IMG/VR virus record: IMGVR_UViG_3300020042_004628
Coordinates: 1 to 24,482 of that record
Reading direction: 5' to 3' (one strand)
Length of the DNA: 24,482 nt
Source of the DNA: a virus
Lineage: Duplodnaviria > Caudoviricetes
Shown here: in pieces, positions 16,472 through 24,482 of the stretch
Layout: every line of letters starts with the position of its first letter
Position numbering within the stretch: the stretch's first letter is position 1
Translations under genes and position numbers: made by a program
The notes under the pieces: generated by a model
The model's input: only the letters and a program-made list of their open reading frames with translations
Databases searched by the model: none
What the model was told of the DNA's origin: nothing

Positions 16472-16749
16472 AGTGTGACCTCGTATTTTTTAATGAATGC
16501 TTTTAAGGCTCTTACTTCCTGTTGTGCGTTTTTTCTATCCTCTTTTATGTCCGAGTTGAGCCATTCATTGTTCAAGTGTCCGCCCTCATAAAAACACGAT
16601 AAGACATACCGAGCCTCTGCAATTATTTCTTGAGGGGTGTAGTCCTTGATTTCTTTGCCGTCGTCCGTCGATATGTTCTGCATTGAAAACCAAAGTTCGT
16701 ATGACTTGAATGCGTCCCTGTCAAACTCTTTTGAAAAATTGGGTTTCAT
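16468..16749 (-). CDS. Hypothetical early protein
   Basis: TAGAAACGGGGG leader, ATGA coupling. Confidence 0.7.
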   Translation of the reverse strand: MKPNFSKEFDRDAFKSYELWFSMQNISTDDGKEIKDYTPQEIIAEARYVLSCFYEGGHLNNEWLNSDIKEDRKNAQQEVRALKAFIKKYEVTL

Positions 16750-17189
16750 AAAACCCCCGTTTCTATTCTGTGCGCTTGGTTCTTCTCAAATTCTTCAAAG
16801 TCAATTAATGCTATGTAGTCGAGTTGCGCGAGGTCGTTTATATTTTCGTCTTTCCATGCCTCGAGTATCAATTTTCCGTAGTTATTGACAAGTGCCTGCG
16901 CTTTGATTGCGCTTTCTCTGATGTGTAAAATGTCTTGTATTTTGTATAAATCGGGGTTCTTTATTGCCTGTGCTATGTGTTGAACGACAAAAAGTCGGGC
17001 GCAGTCTGCCATAGGTGTTTCATATTTTCTATGTTCCCCGCCGAATGATTGTCTATGCTTTTTCTCGTCTTTGAGGTTCATTCCAAATAAATCCTCGCGG
17101 TATGCCGTCCATGTGATGTTGTTTAAAACTCTTAATTTTGAATATGCTTGGTTGATTGCGTTTATGATTTGTTTTTGTTTCATGTTCAT
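16746..17189 (-). CDS. Hypothetical protein, first gene of first operon
   Basis: ACGAAAGGCTACAAAATG leader, immediately downstream of promoter at 17236-17280. Confidence 0.7.
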   Translation of the reverse strand: MNMKQKQIINAINQAYSKLRVLNNITWTAYREDLFGMNLKDEKKHRQSFGGEHRKYETPMADCARLFVVQHIAQAIKNPDLYKIQDILHIRESAIKAQALVNNYGKLILEAWKDENINDLAQLDYIALIDFEEFEKNQAHRIETGVL

Positions 17190-17235
17190 TTTGTAGCCTT
17201 TCGTTTGTGGTTGATGTTTTGTATTGCTGTCTGTG

Positions 17236-17280
17236 ATTAGATCACGCGGTATTATTGATTGTCAAGTATTATTTTACAAT
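17236..17280 (-). promoter_or_regulatory. Strong sigma70-type early promoter (copy 1)
   Basis: TTGACA (17265-17260), 18 nt, TGa-TCTAAT (17241-17236); shares 22 bp with 12403-12424. Confidence 0.75.
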
Positions 17281-17294
17281 GTATCGTATTTTGT

Positions 17295-17800
17295 TTGAAC
17301 GAGGTTAAAACTAGGTAAAAAAGCCTTTATAATCAATAGGTTCATGCGGTTCATGTTTTGAAACTTTACCTTAAACAAGTGAACGAGGTTTTTATGAACG
17401 CGTGGGAGTTTGTAAGTGCTTGTTATATATATATATTTTATAGTTTATTATTAATATTAATAGATTGGTTCATGGGTTCATGCTCTGCCATAAGAGTGAG
17501 CGGGGTAGAAACTCCACCGCATTAACGAAGTGAACGATCTCTAAACTTCGTCAAACTCCTTTCCCTTTGTCCTATTATTTGGCATGAACTTCGTGAACTT
17601 CGTGAACTTCCGTTTAAAATCAAGGACTTACAACGTGAACGCCGTAAAATAAAACGTGAACTTCATGAACTTCTCAATATAATCAAGGACTTACGCGCGA
17701 ACCGCGCCTTTATGAACCAAGTGAACGAGGTGGACGAAGTTTAACGGGGTTATAACCAAGTGAACGAGGCGGACGCGGTGAACTTCGTGGACGCGGTAGG
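17295..17800. repeat. Non-coding array of ~9-bp (A/G)TGAAC repeats with AT-rich tract; candidate genome terminus/packaging region or origin
   Basis: 14 TGAAC on + and 4 on - by eye, many in 9-bp tandem (catgaactt-cgtgaactt-cgtgaactt); AT tract ~17423-17462. Confidence 0.85.
17618..17693 (+). promoter_or_regulatory. Two IHF consensus sites
   Basis: AATCAAGGACTTA at 17618-17630 and 17681-17693 matches WATCAANNNNTTR; 63 bp apart. Confidence 0.65.
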
Positions 17801-18017
17801 AACTAGGCGCGACGCGGTCGCATACTACGAACCCCACGCACCCCGTATGACCCCGTTTTACAAAGTAGGAGTCCCGTCTCGCCCTACATTGAGCCCAATA
17901 TGAACGATCAGAAAAAAAGTCAAATATAGAAACCCGCCCCCTATCAAATAAAAAGGGTCATCAAAAAATATATTTTGCAAAAATTCTGAAAAGTAAGGGT
18001 AAAGTATTATTTTACAG

Positions 18018-18347
18018 CTAGGCAGCGAAGGAAGAACCACAACCGCAAGTACTAGTTGCAGCGGGGTTTTTTATTTCAAAACCTGAAGTCATTAAAGAAG
18101 TGTTATAGCTTATAACAGACCCAGTTAAGTATTGCATGCTATGAGCATCTACAAGTAAAGACACTTCATCTTGGTCTACTACAAAGTCATCTTCGTTTTG
18201 AGTGTCATCAAAAGTAAAACCGTATTGAAATCCAGAACAACCACCACCGGATACATAGATGCGTAGTTTAAGTCCTATGACATTTTCTATGGCTAACAAA
18301 TCTTTTATTTTTACTATAGCAGAGCTTTCTAGGGTTATCGGATTCAA
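18018..18347 (-). CDS. erpA: A-type Fe-S cluster carrier (ErpA/IscA/HesB family)
   Basis: LRIYVSGGGCSGFQYGFTFD and TCGCGSSF with all three Cys; TTG start coupled to upstream stop. Confidence 0.9.
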   Translation of the reverse strand: MNPITLESSAIVKIKDLLAIENVIGLKLRIYVSGGGCSGFQYGFTFDDTQNEDDFVVDQDEVSLLVDAHSMQYLTGSVISYNTSLMTSGFEIKNPAATSTCGCGSSFAA

Positions 18348-18688
18348 ATTGCTTTAGGGTCAAAGTTGTATAACTCGGAGTAAACGTCTTTAATACGCAT
18401 GAATTTAGCCCCGTGTTGATCGAAGTCATCATCGCCTCGAACGTAGAGAGCTAAGTGAACCATTTCATGGAGGAGAGTTTGGAAAATAGTGATGAAGTGA
18501 CCACAAGAACCAGAACTTATTTCAATAGCCATGTCTACTTCGTCAAAACAACCATATATAGTAGGGTTCTTAATGACACGGAACTTAACTTTGTCTGACT
18601 TAGGCATAGGAAGAGTGTTAAACGGGGCCATTTGGCATGCCATGTTGTAGAGAATCTCTAAGTTCTTCTTAGTTAACGTAGTTTTCAT
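18344..18688 (-). CDS. SprT-like zinc metalloprotease
   Basis: TLLHEMVH (HExxH) followed by HGAKF third-ligand motif. Confidence 0.85.
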   Translation of the reverse strand: MKTTLTKKNLEILYNMACQMAPFNTLPMPKSDKVKFRVIKNPTIYGCFDEVDMAIEISSGSCGHFITIFQTLLHEMVHLALYVRGDDDFDQHGAKFMRIKDVYSELYNFDPKAI

Positions 18689-18784
18689 TTAGACATTCTA
18701 CCAAAAGACTATGCAAATAAGATGAAACTAGGTTAAAATAGTTAAATAAGCTGCAAATTCTACTCAAAGGTGTAACAGCGACAC

Positions 18785-19426
18785 ATGAATGACTTAAATG
18801 TCCAACAAAATCAAGGGGATAACCCCGAACACGACGTTTCTCACGTTATTATGATGCCCAACATCGATGAGGACGTTCCTTTGCCTAAAAATCCTAAAGA
18901 TGCTATGCCAGAACTAGGTATGGAAGAAGAGCTCCAAGTCAGAGTTGAGACTGTTAAGACCATAGCTGATCTAAAAGGTGAACCTATTCCTGAAGCTAAC
19001 CCAAAAGAACAACAAAAAGCAGTTGACTTTGTTAAACAAGTCATGACAGATCCAAACTTTAAACCCGAATATGGTAATTACTCAGATCCTACCATGGCAT
19101 TTTGTGCTGGTATGGTAGCTCAGACACAGGTACTACTCGCAAAAGAACTAGCAGACTACAAACTCTATGTAGTTAACAATCTTATCAAGGTGATAGAGTC
19201 AACAAAGAATCCTAAAGAAAAGACAACAGCATTAAGAGCGTTAGGCGAGGTGGATGGTGTAGATGCGTTCAAGAAGAAGACAGAAGTGACACACAAGATG
19301 GAGTCGATGGAGGAGGTTGAGAAAGAACTTCTTACTATGTTAAACGACTTCAAGCAAAAAGGACTCCTGAAGGAACCAGCACAGACGATAGATGCAGAAG
19401 TGATAGAAGATAAAACAGATGAGTGA
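18785..19426 (+). CDS. terS: Putative terminase small subunit
   Basis: Directly upstream of and overlapping TerL; helical, ALRALGEVDGVDAF motif; mainly positional. Confidence 0.6.
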   Translation: MNDLNVQQNQGDNPEHDVSHVIMMPNIDEDVPLPKNPKDAMPELGMEEELQVRVETVKTIADLKGEPIPEANPKEQQKAVDFVKQVMTDPNFKPEYGNYSDPTMAFCAGMVAQTQVLLAKELADYKLYVVNNLIKVIESTKNPKEKTTALRALGEVDGVDAFKKKTEVTHKMESMEEVEKELLTMLNDFKQKGLLKEPAQTIDAEVIEDKTDE

Positions 19427-20954
19427 GGAGAGGCTAACGCCTGAGAAAGCGGCGGAGTTAATGCAGTTAGTGCCACACATGCCGCCAGAGCAGAAGAGGA
19501 AAGCGTTAGCAGCATTAAGAGTCTTTAAAAAGAATTGGGTACAGGAACATGGCAAGGATAACTTCTTAGACTTTATTATGCACGTGTATCCAGGCTACAT
19601 GATAGGAGATCATCATAGACGGTTGGCTAAGATATTTGAAGAGATTGCGTCAGGCAAGAAGAAACGAGTTATTGTTAATATTGCTCCGCGGCACGGGAAG
19701 AGTGAACTTATCTCTTATCTTGCTCCTGCCTGGTTCCTTGGGAAATACCCTCATAAGAAAGTTATTATGGCGTCGCATACGGCTGACCTTGCTGTTAATT
19801 TTGGTCGTCGGGTTAGAAATTTGGTGGGTAGTGATGCTTACAAAGATATCTTCCCACAGGTAGAGTTGCAGGCTGACTCAAAGAGCGCATCACGTTGGGG
19901 GACAAATTATAATGGAGAGTACTTTGCTATTGGTGTTGGTGGTGCCCTCGCTGGTCGCGGGGCTGATCTGTTTATCATTGATGACCCACACTCTGAACAA
20001 GATGCCAAACTTGGACGACCTGACGTTTTTAAGCCTGCTTGGGAGTGGTTTCAGTCTGGCCCTTTACAGCGTCTTATGCCGGGGGGTGCGATTATTGTAG
20101 TCATGACTCGGTGGTCTAAGTTAGACTTGACGGGTGAAATTGTAAACCAGATGATTAAGAATGACGACGTTGATGACTGGGAGGTCGTAGAATTTCCAGC
20201 AATATTGACGGATAAAGATGGAGAAGAACGAAGTTTATGGCCTGAATTCTGGCCACTAGAAGAATTAAAAGCTAAGAAGGCAGCACTTGATATTAGGTAT
20301 TGGAACTCACAATACTTACAAAATCCAGTTTCAGAAGAAGGTGCTTTAATTAAAAGAGAGTGGTGGAATATATGGGAGAGTGATGATCCACCCGATTGTG
20401 AATTTACAATCATGACACTAGATGCCGCCCAAGAAGCTAATAACCGCGCGGATTACAACGCATTGACTACATGGGGCGTCTTTTTTAACGAAGAAACCAA
20501 TAACTATAATATAATACTATTAAATGCAATTAAAAAACGATTAGAGTTTCCCGAGCTTAAAGAGCTTTGTATACAAGAATATAAAGAGTGGGAGCCTGAC
20601 GCATTCATAGTAGAAAAGAAATCTAACGGCGCTGCACTCTACCAAGAGTTTAGACGGATGGGTATTCCTGTTGGTGAATTTACACCAGGTAAAGGACAAG
20701 ATAAAATCAGTCGTGTAAATGCAGTGTCAGATTTGTTTAGAAGTGGTATAGTGTGGGCCCCAGATCATAGATGGGCGCATGAAGTAATTGAAGAGTGTAA
20801 TGACTTTCCAAGTGGAGCAAATGACGACTTAGTTGACTCAACAACGTTAGCATTAATGAGGTTTAGACAAGGTGGGTTTATTAGATTACCCAGCGATGAA
20901 GCTGAAGACATACCAGGATTTAGAAGTTCTCGAAACAGATTATACGCAATATAA
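19419..20954 (+). CDS. terL: Terminase large subunit
   Basis: Walker A APRHGKSE, Walker B FIIDDP, coupling MTRW, RNase H-like TLDAA...DDLVDS. Confidence 0.95.
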   Translation: MSEERLTPEKAAELMQLVPHMPPEQKRKALAALRVFKKNWVQEHGKDNFLDFIMHVYPGYMIGDHHRRLAKIFEEIASGKKKRVIVNIAPRHGKSELISYLAPAWFLGKYPHKKVIMASHTADLAVNFGRRVRNLVGSDAYKDIFPQVELQADSKSASRWGTNYNGEYFAIGVGGALAGRGADLFIIDDPHSEQDAKLGRPDVFKPAWEWFQSGPLQRLMPGGAIIVVMTRWSKLDLTGEIVNQMIKNDDVDDWEVVEFPAILTDKDGEERSLWPEFWPLEELKAKKAALDIRYWNSQYLQNPVSEEGALIKREWWNIWESDDPPDCEFTIMTLDAAQEANNRADYNALTTWGVFFNEETNNYNIILLNAIKKRLEFPELKELCIQEYKEWEPDAFIVEKKSNGAALYQEFRRMGIPVGEFTPGKGQDKISRVNAVSDLFRSGIVWAPDHRWAHEVIEECNDFPSGANDDLVDSTTLALMRFRQGGFIRLPSDEAEDIPGFRSSRNRLYAI

Positions 20955-20963
20955 GGATAACAT

Positions 20964-23390
20964 ATGGCAGACAATGTAGATAAAAGTTTATCACAAGCAC
21001 CACAAGGAATAGAAGCAATGGCTATGGGTCAACCTGACTTAAGCGTTGAAATTGAAGATCCAGAAAGCGTAACGCTTGATGACGGTAGTATGGAAATTAC
21101 TATTGTGCCTGGTAAAGAAGACGATGATGAGTTTAATGATAACTTAGCAGAAGATATGGACGAAGGTCAGTTGACTGAGTTGTCAGGCGATTTAATGGGC
21201 GAATATGATGCCGATATTAATTCAAGAAAAGATTGGTTAACAACTTATGTAGACGGCTTAGAATTGCTGGGCTTAAAAGTAGAAGACAGAACAGAACCGT
21301 GGCCCGGCGCATGTAATGTATATCATCCCTTAATGACAGAAGCGCTGGTTAAGTTCCAAGCTGAAACTATGATGGAAACATTCCCCGCCGCAGGCCCAGT
21401 TAAAACCGTAATCATTGGCAAACAAACAAAAGAAAAAGAAGATGCTGCTGAACGTGTAAAAGATGATATGAATTATCAACTTACGGATATGATGCCTGAG
21501 TATAGACCTGAACATGAACGCATGTTGTGGGGACTAGGTTTATCTGGTAACTCATTCAAAAAAGTTTATTACGATCCTAACATTGAACGCCAAGTATCAA
21601 TGTATGTTCCTGCTGAAGATATTGTAGTTCCATACGGCGCATCTAATTTAGAAACAGCAGAGCGTGTCACACATGTCATGCGCAAAACAAAAAATGAATT
21701 GCATAAATTACAAGTTGCGGGTTTTTATCGAGATGTAGATTTAGGTGAGCCATACTTAGACATCGATGAAGCTGAAAAGAAAATTGCAGAGAAGTTAGGC
21801 TTCAATCCAACAGAAGATGACAGATATAAAATCCTTGAGATGCATGTTAATATTGATTTAGAAAATGGTGATAGCGAAGATGGCATTGCATTACCTTATG
21901 TAATAACGATTGAAAAAGGCACAGGCACTATCTTAGCAATTCGTCGTAATTGGAATCCAGATGATAAGTTAAAATCTAAACGCCAACACTTTGTTCACTA
22001 CGGTTACATACCAGGCTTTGGTTTCTATTGCTTCGGTTTAATTCATTTGATAGGTGCTTTCGCCAAATCAGGTACTATGATCTTACGTCAACTTGTTGAC
22101 GCGGGTACCCTATCAAACTTACCAGGTGGTTTAAAATCTCGTGGACTTAGAATTAAAGGAGACGACACTCCGATTGCTCCAGGTGAATTTAGAGATGTAG
22201 ATGTACCATCAGGCGCAATACGCGATAACATTTTACCGTTGCCTTACAAAGAACCAAGTCAAGTACTTAATCAATTAATGAATCAAATCATTGAAGAAGG
22301 TAGACGCTTTGCTTCAGCTGCAGATATGAAAGTATCTGACATGAGTGCTAACAGTCCAGTAGGTACTACACTAGCAATTCTTGAACGTACATTGAAAGTA
22401 ATGAGTGCGGTACAAGCGCGTATTTACTATGCAATGAAACAAGAGTTTAAATTACTTAAAGGCATCATTCGTGATTACACACCAGAAGAGTATTCTTATG
22501 ATCCTGAGGTAGGTGATAGAAGAGCTAAACAATCTGATTACGATAATGTAGATGTTATACCGGTTTCTGATCCAAACGCTGCAACCATGTCACAGAAAGT
22601 TGTTCAGTATCAAGCGGTTATGCAGATGGCGCAAGCTAATCCACAAATCTATGACCAAGTAGAACTTAATAAACAAATGCTAGAAGTACTTGGTGTTAAG
22701 AATATTAACAAGCTTATCCCGTCATCTGATGACCAAACACCAAAAGATCCTGTATCTGAAAACATGAATATTATTAATGGTAAACCTGTTAAAGCATTTA
22801 TTTATCAAGATCATCAAGCACATATTCAAGTACATATGACAGCAATGAAAGATCCTAAGATTATGCAAATGGTAGGACAAAATCCACAAGCAGGTGCAAT
22901 TCAAGCTGCAGCTATGGCGCACATTAATGAGCACGTAGCGTTTGAATATAGAAAACAACTTGAAGAACAATTAGGTGTACCACTACCTAAACCTGATGAA
23001 ACATTACCAGAAGATGTAGAGTTTGAATTATCTAAAGTTATGGCTGAAGCGGCTAAGAAACTTTCTGCTAAGTCTGCTTCTGAGGCTCAACAAGAACAAG
23101 CTCAACAACAGCAACAAGATCCAATTATCCAAATGCAACAACAAGAGTTACAACTTAAAGCACAAGACCTGCAAATCAAACAACAAAAAACACAAGCTGA
23201 TATTGCTGTAGAGCAAGCAAAACTTGAGTTAGATAAAATGCGTATTGAATCCCAAGAACGTATTGCCGGTGCTAAGTTAGGTGCAGATTCTGTAATGGCT
23301 AGTAAAGAATTAGAAGCTAAACAATTAATTGAGGGCACTAAAATAGGCATTCAAGCCGTACAAGGAAATAAACAACAACCAAAGGAGTAG
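20964..23390 (+). CDS. Portal protein (long podovirus-type, Q-rich C-terminal coil)
   Basis: 808 aa after TerL; PWPGAC.V.HP, FKKVYYD, GFYCFGLIHLIG, PVGTTLA motifs typical of aquatic podovirus portals. Confidence 0.85.
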   Translation: MADNVDKSLSQAPQGIEAMAMGQPDLSVEIEDPESVTLDDGSMEITIVPGKEDDDEFNDNLAEDMDEGQLTELSGDLMGEYDADINSRKDWLTTYVDGLELLGLKVEDRTEPWPGACNVYHPLMTEALVKFQAETMMETFPAAGPVKTVIIGKQTKEKEDAAERVKDDMNYQLTDMMPEYRPEHERMLWGLGLSGNSFKKVYYDPNIERQVSMYVPAEDIVVPYGASNLETAERVTHVMRKTKNELHKLQVAGFYRDVDLGEPYLDIDEAEKKIAEKLGFNPTEDDRYKILEMHVNIDLENGDSEDGIALPYVITIEKGTGTILAIRRNWNPDDKLKSKRQHFVHYGYIPGFGFYCFGLIHLIGAFAKSGTMILRQLVDAGTLSNLPGGLKSRGLRIKGDDTPIAPGEFRDVDVPSGAIRDNILPLPYKEPSQVLNQLMNQIIEEGRRFASAADMKVSDMSANSPVGTTLAILERTLKVMSAVQARIYYAMKQEFKLLKGIIRDYTPEEYSYDPEVGDRRAKQSDYDNVDVIPVSDPNAATMSQKVVQYQAVMQMAQANPQIYDQVELNKQMLEVLGVKNINKLIPSSDDQTPKDPVSENMNIINGKPVKAFIYQDHQAHIQVHMTAMKDPKIMQMVGQNPQAGAIQAAAMAHINEHVAFEYRKQLEEQLGVPLPKPDETLPEDVEFELSKVMAEAAKKLSAKSASEAQQEQAQQQQQDPIIQMQQQELQLKAQDLQIKQQKTQADIAVEQAKLELDKMRIESQERIAGAKLGADSVMASKELEAKQLIEGTKIGIQAVQGNKQQPKE

Positions 23391-23393
23391 TAA

Positions 23394-23588
23394 ATGATAG
23401 ATCCAACGCTTGAGCTATTAATCAGTAGAATAGCTGAAAGACGCAAAGAAGTATTAGGTTCAATTGCTGAAGGTTCTGCAAAAGATTATGCGCATTACCA
23501 ATCTGCTGTCGGATATATACGAGCTTGCGATACCATACAAGGTATTATTGCTGACATTATAAATACGATGGAGAACTCAGATGAGTAA
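23394..23588 (+). CDS. Conserved small head-module protein
   Basis: GSAKDYAHY...VG motif; AAGGAG RBS; between portal and GroES. Confidence 0.7.
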   Translation: MIDPTLELLISRIAERRKEVLGSIAEGSAKDYAHYQSAVGYIRACDTIQGIIADIINTMENSDE

Positions 23589-24027
23589 ACCAATTCTTAC
23601 AATGAATAAAAATTTAGTTGATGCTAGCGGTCGACCAATTATTATTCCATCGATAGGCGCAGTAGAAGCAGAAGACATACCGATTGAAGAACGGGGTTTA
23701 CAACTACCTGAACCTAAAGGATATAAAATACTTTGCGCAATTCCTGATGCTTCAGAAACATATAAAGGTGGTATTGTAAAAGCAGATTCAACTAGAACTA
23801 TAGAAGAACATTCAACTGTAGTTTTGTTTGTAGTTAAAGTAGGTGATTTAGCTTATAAAGATGAAGTTAGATTTCCTACAGGTCCTTGGTGTAAAGAAGG
23901 TGATTTTGTTTTAACGCGTGCATACGCAGGTACTAGATTTAAAATTCACGGAAGAGAATTCCGCATTATTAACGACGATACGGTTGAGGGGGTTGTTGCA
24001 GATCCTCGCGGCTACACTCGCGCATAA
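23581..24027 (+). CDS. groES: GroES-like co-chaperonin
   Basis: PKGYKIL...KGGIV...VVKVG...KEGDFV..RAYAGT...RIINDD.V.GVV. Confidence 0.85.
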   Translation: MSKPILTMNKNLVDASGRPIIIPSIGAVEAEDIPIEERGLQLPEPKGYKILCAIPDASETYKGGIVKADSTRTIEEHSTVVLFVVKVGDLAYKDEVRFPTGPWCKEGDFVLTRAYAGTRFKIHGREFRIINDDTVEGVVADPRGYTRA

Positions 24028-24037
24028 GGAGTAATAT

Positions 24038-24482
24038 ATGGCTGACGTAAAAGATGGAGATATTGTCTTTGAATATCCAGATGACGATGAAGTACTAGGT
24101 AGTAAGTTACCTGAAGAAAAAGAAAAAACCGAAGTTAAAATAGAAACAAAAGCAGACGATATTGATCTTGAAATTGAAGATGACATCCCCGCTGCTGATA
24201 GAGGTAAAGAACCTTTACCCCAAGAAAAAGTCGAAGAGCTAGAGAATGATACATTAGAAGATTATTCTGAACGTGTTAAACAACGTATGGCCCAGCTTAA
24301 AAAAGTTTGGCATGACGAAAGACGTGCTAAAGAATCTGCTGATCGTGAAAGACATGAAGCTATTAAGTTTGCTCAACAAATTTCCGAAGAAAATAAAAGG
24401 TTAAAAACAACTTTAACAAGCGGAGAAGAAACTTATATTCAAACGCTTAAAAATGCATTAGAACAGCGATTAGATTCAGCCA
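24038..24482 (+). CDS. Putative head scaffolding protein (5' part; runs off window)
   Basis: AAGGAG RBS; acidic N-terminus, EDYSERVKQRMAQLKKVWHDERRAKE coiled coil; open to edge. Confidence 0.65.
   Translation, partial: MADVKDGDIVFEYPDDDEVLGSKLPEEKEKTEVKIETKADDIDLEIEDDIPAADRGKEPLPQEKVEELENDTLEDYSERVKQRMAQLKKVWHDERRAKESADRERHEAIKFAQQISEENKRLKTTLTSGEETYIQTLKNALEQRLDSA

Noticed and set aside
17295-17800. CRISPR array
   Set aside because: Units are ~9 bp, in both orientations, with no 23-47 bp repeats or regular unique spacers; the Cas4-like gene is a stand-alone replication-module nuclease.
17858-18040. 60-aa ORF in the track
   Set aside because: No RBS, overlaps the erpA end, low-complexity translation of the A-tract region.
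23089-23190. CAA-rich low-complexity repeat
   Set aside because: Encodes the Q-rich coiled-coil tail usual in this portal type.
18841-24186. Minus-strand and alternate-frame ORFs within terS/terL/portal/groES
   Set aside because: Shadows of well-supported genes; poly-Cys strings simply mirror the portal's CAA (Gln) runs.
1-24482. tRNA genes, integrase or att sites
   Set aside because: No cloverleaf/T-loop signature in intergenic gaps and no recombinase motif recognised by eye; tRNAscan would confirm.

Overview
A 24.5-kb segment of a low-GC tailed dsDNA phage genome, with a gene set typical of aquatic podovirus-like phages. A betaproteobacterial host is a guess from the ErpA sequence. The left 17.2 kb is all minus-strand. 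It starts with a GC-richer 'first' operon (12.7-17.2 kb: small ORFs, a 614-aa Cys/acid-rich protein and an M28 peptidase). About 25 small early ORFs follow, including VRR-NUC, DUF3310, a SleB-like hydrolase and a TraR/DksA-like protein. The replication module comes last (PolA with Leu762, two HNH nucleases, a Cas4-like nuclease, an SNF2 helicase and a probable SSB). A repeat-rich non-coding region (17.2-18.0 kb) holds 9-bp TGAAC repeats, IHF boxes and an AT tract, and looks like the genome end or an origin. To its right are erpA and a SprT-like gene (minus), then the plus-strand packaging/head module (TerS, TerL, portal, GroES, scaffold). The most notable signals are four. GTAC is completely absent across about 12.5 kb of early DNA. 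A structured spacer at 12.35-12.71 kb resembles an injection-stop or regulatory node. A peptidase is coupled to an 'SCM'-motif protein. A free-standing small protein resembles the head-scaffold C-terminal domain. All family calls come from motif recognition; no searches were run.
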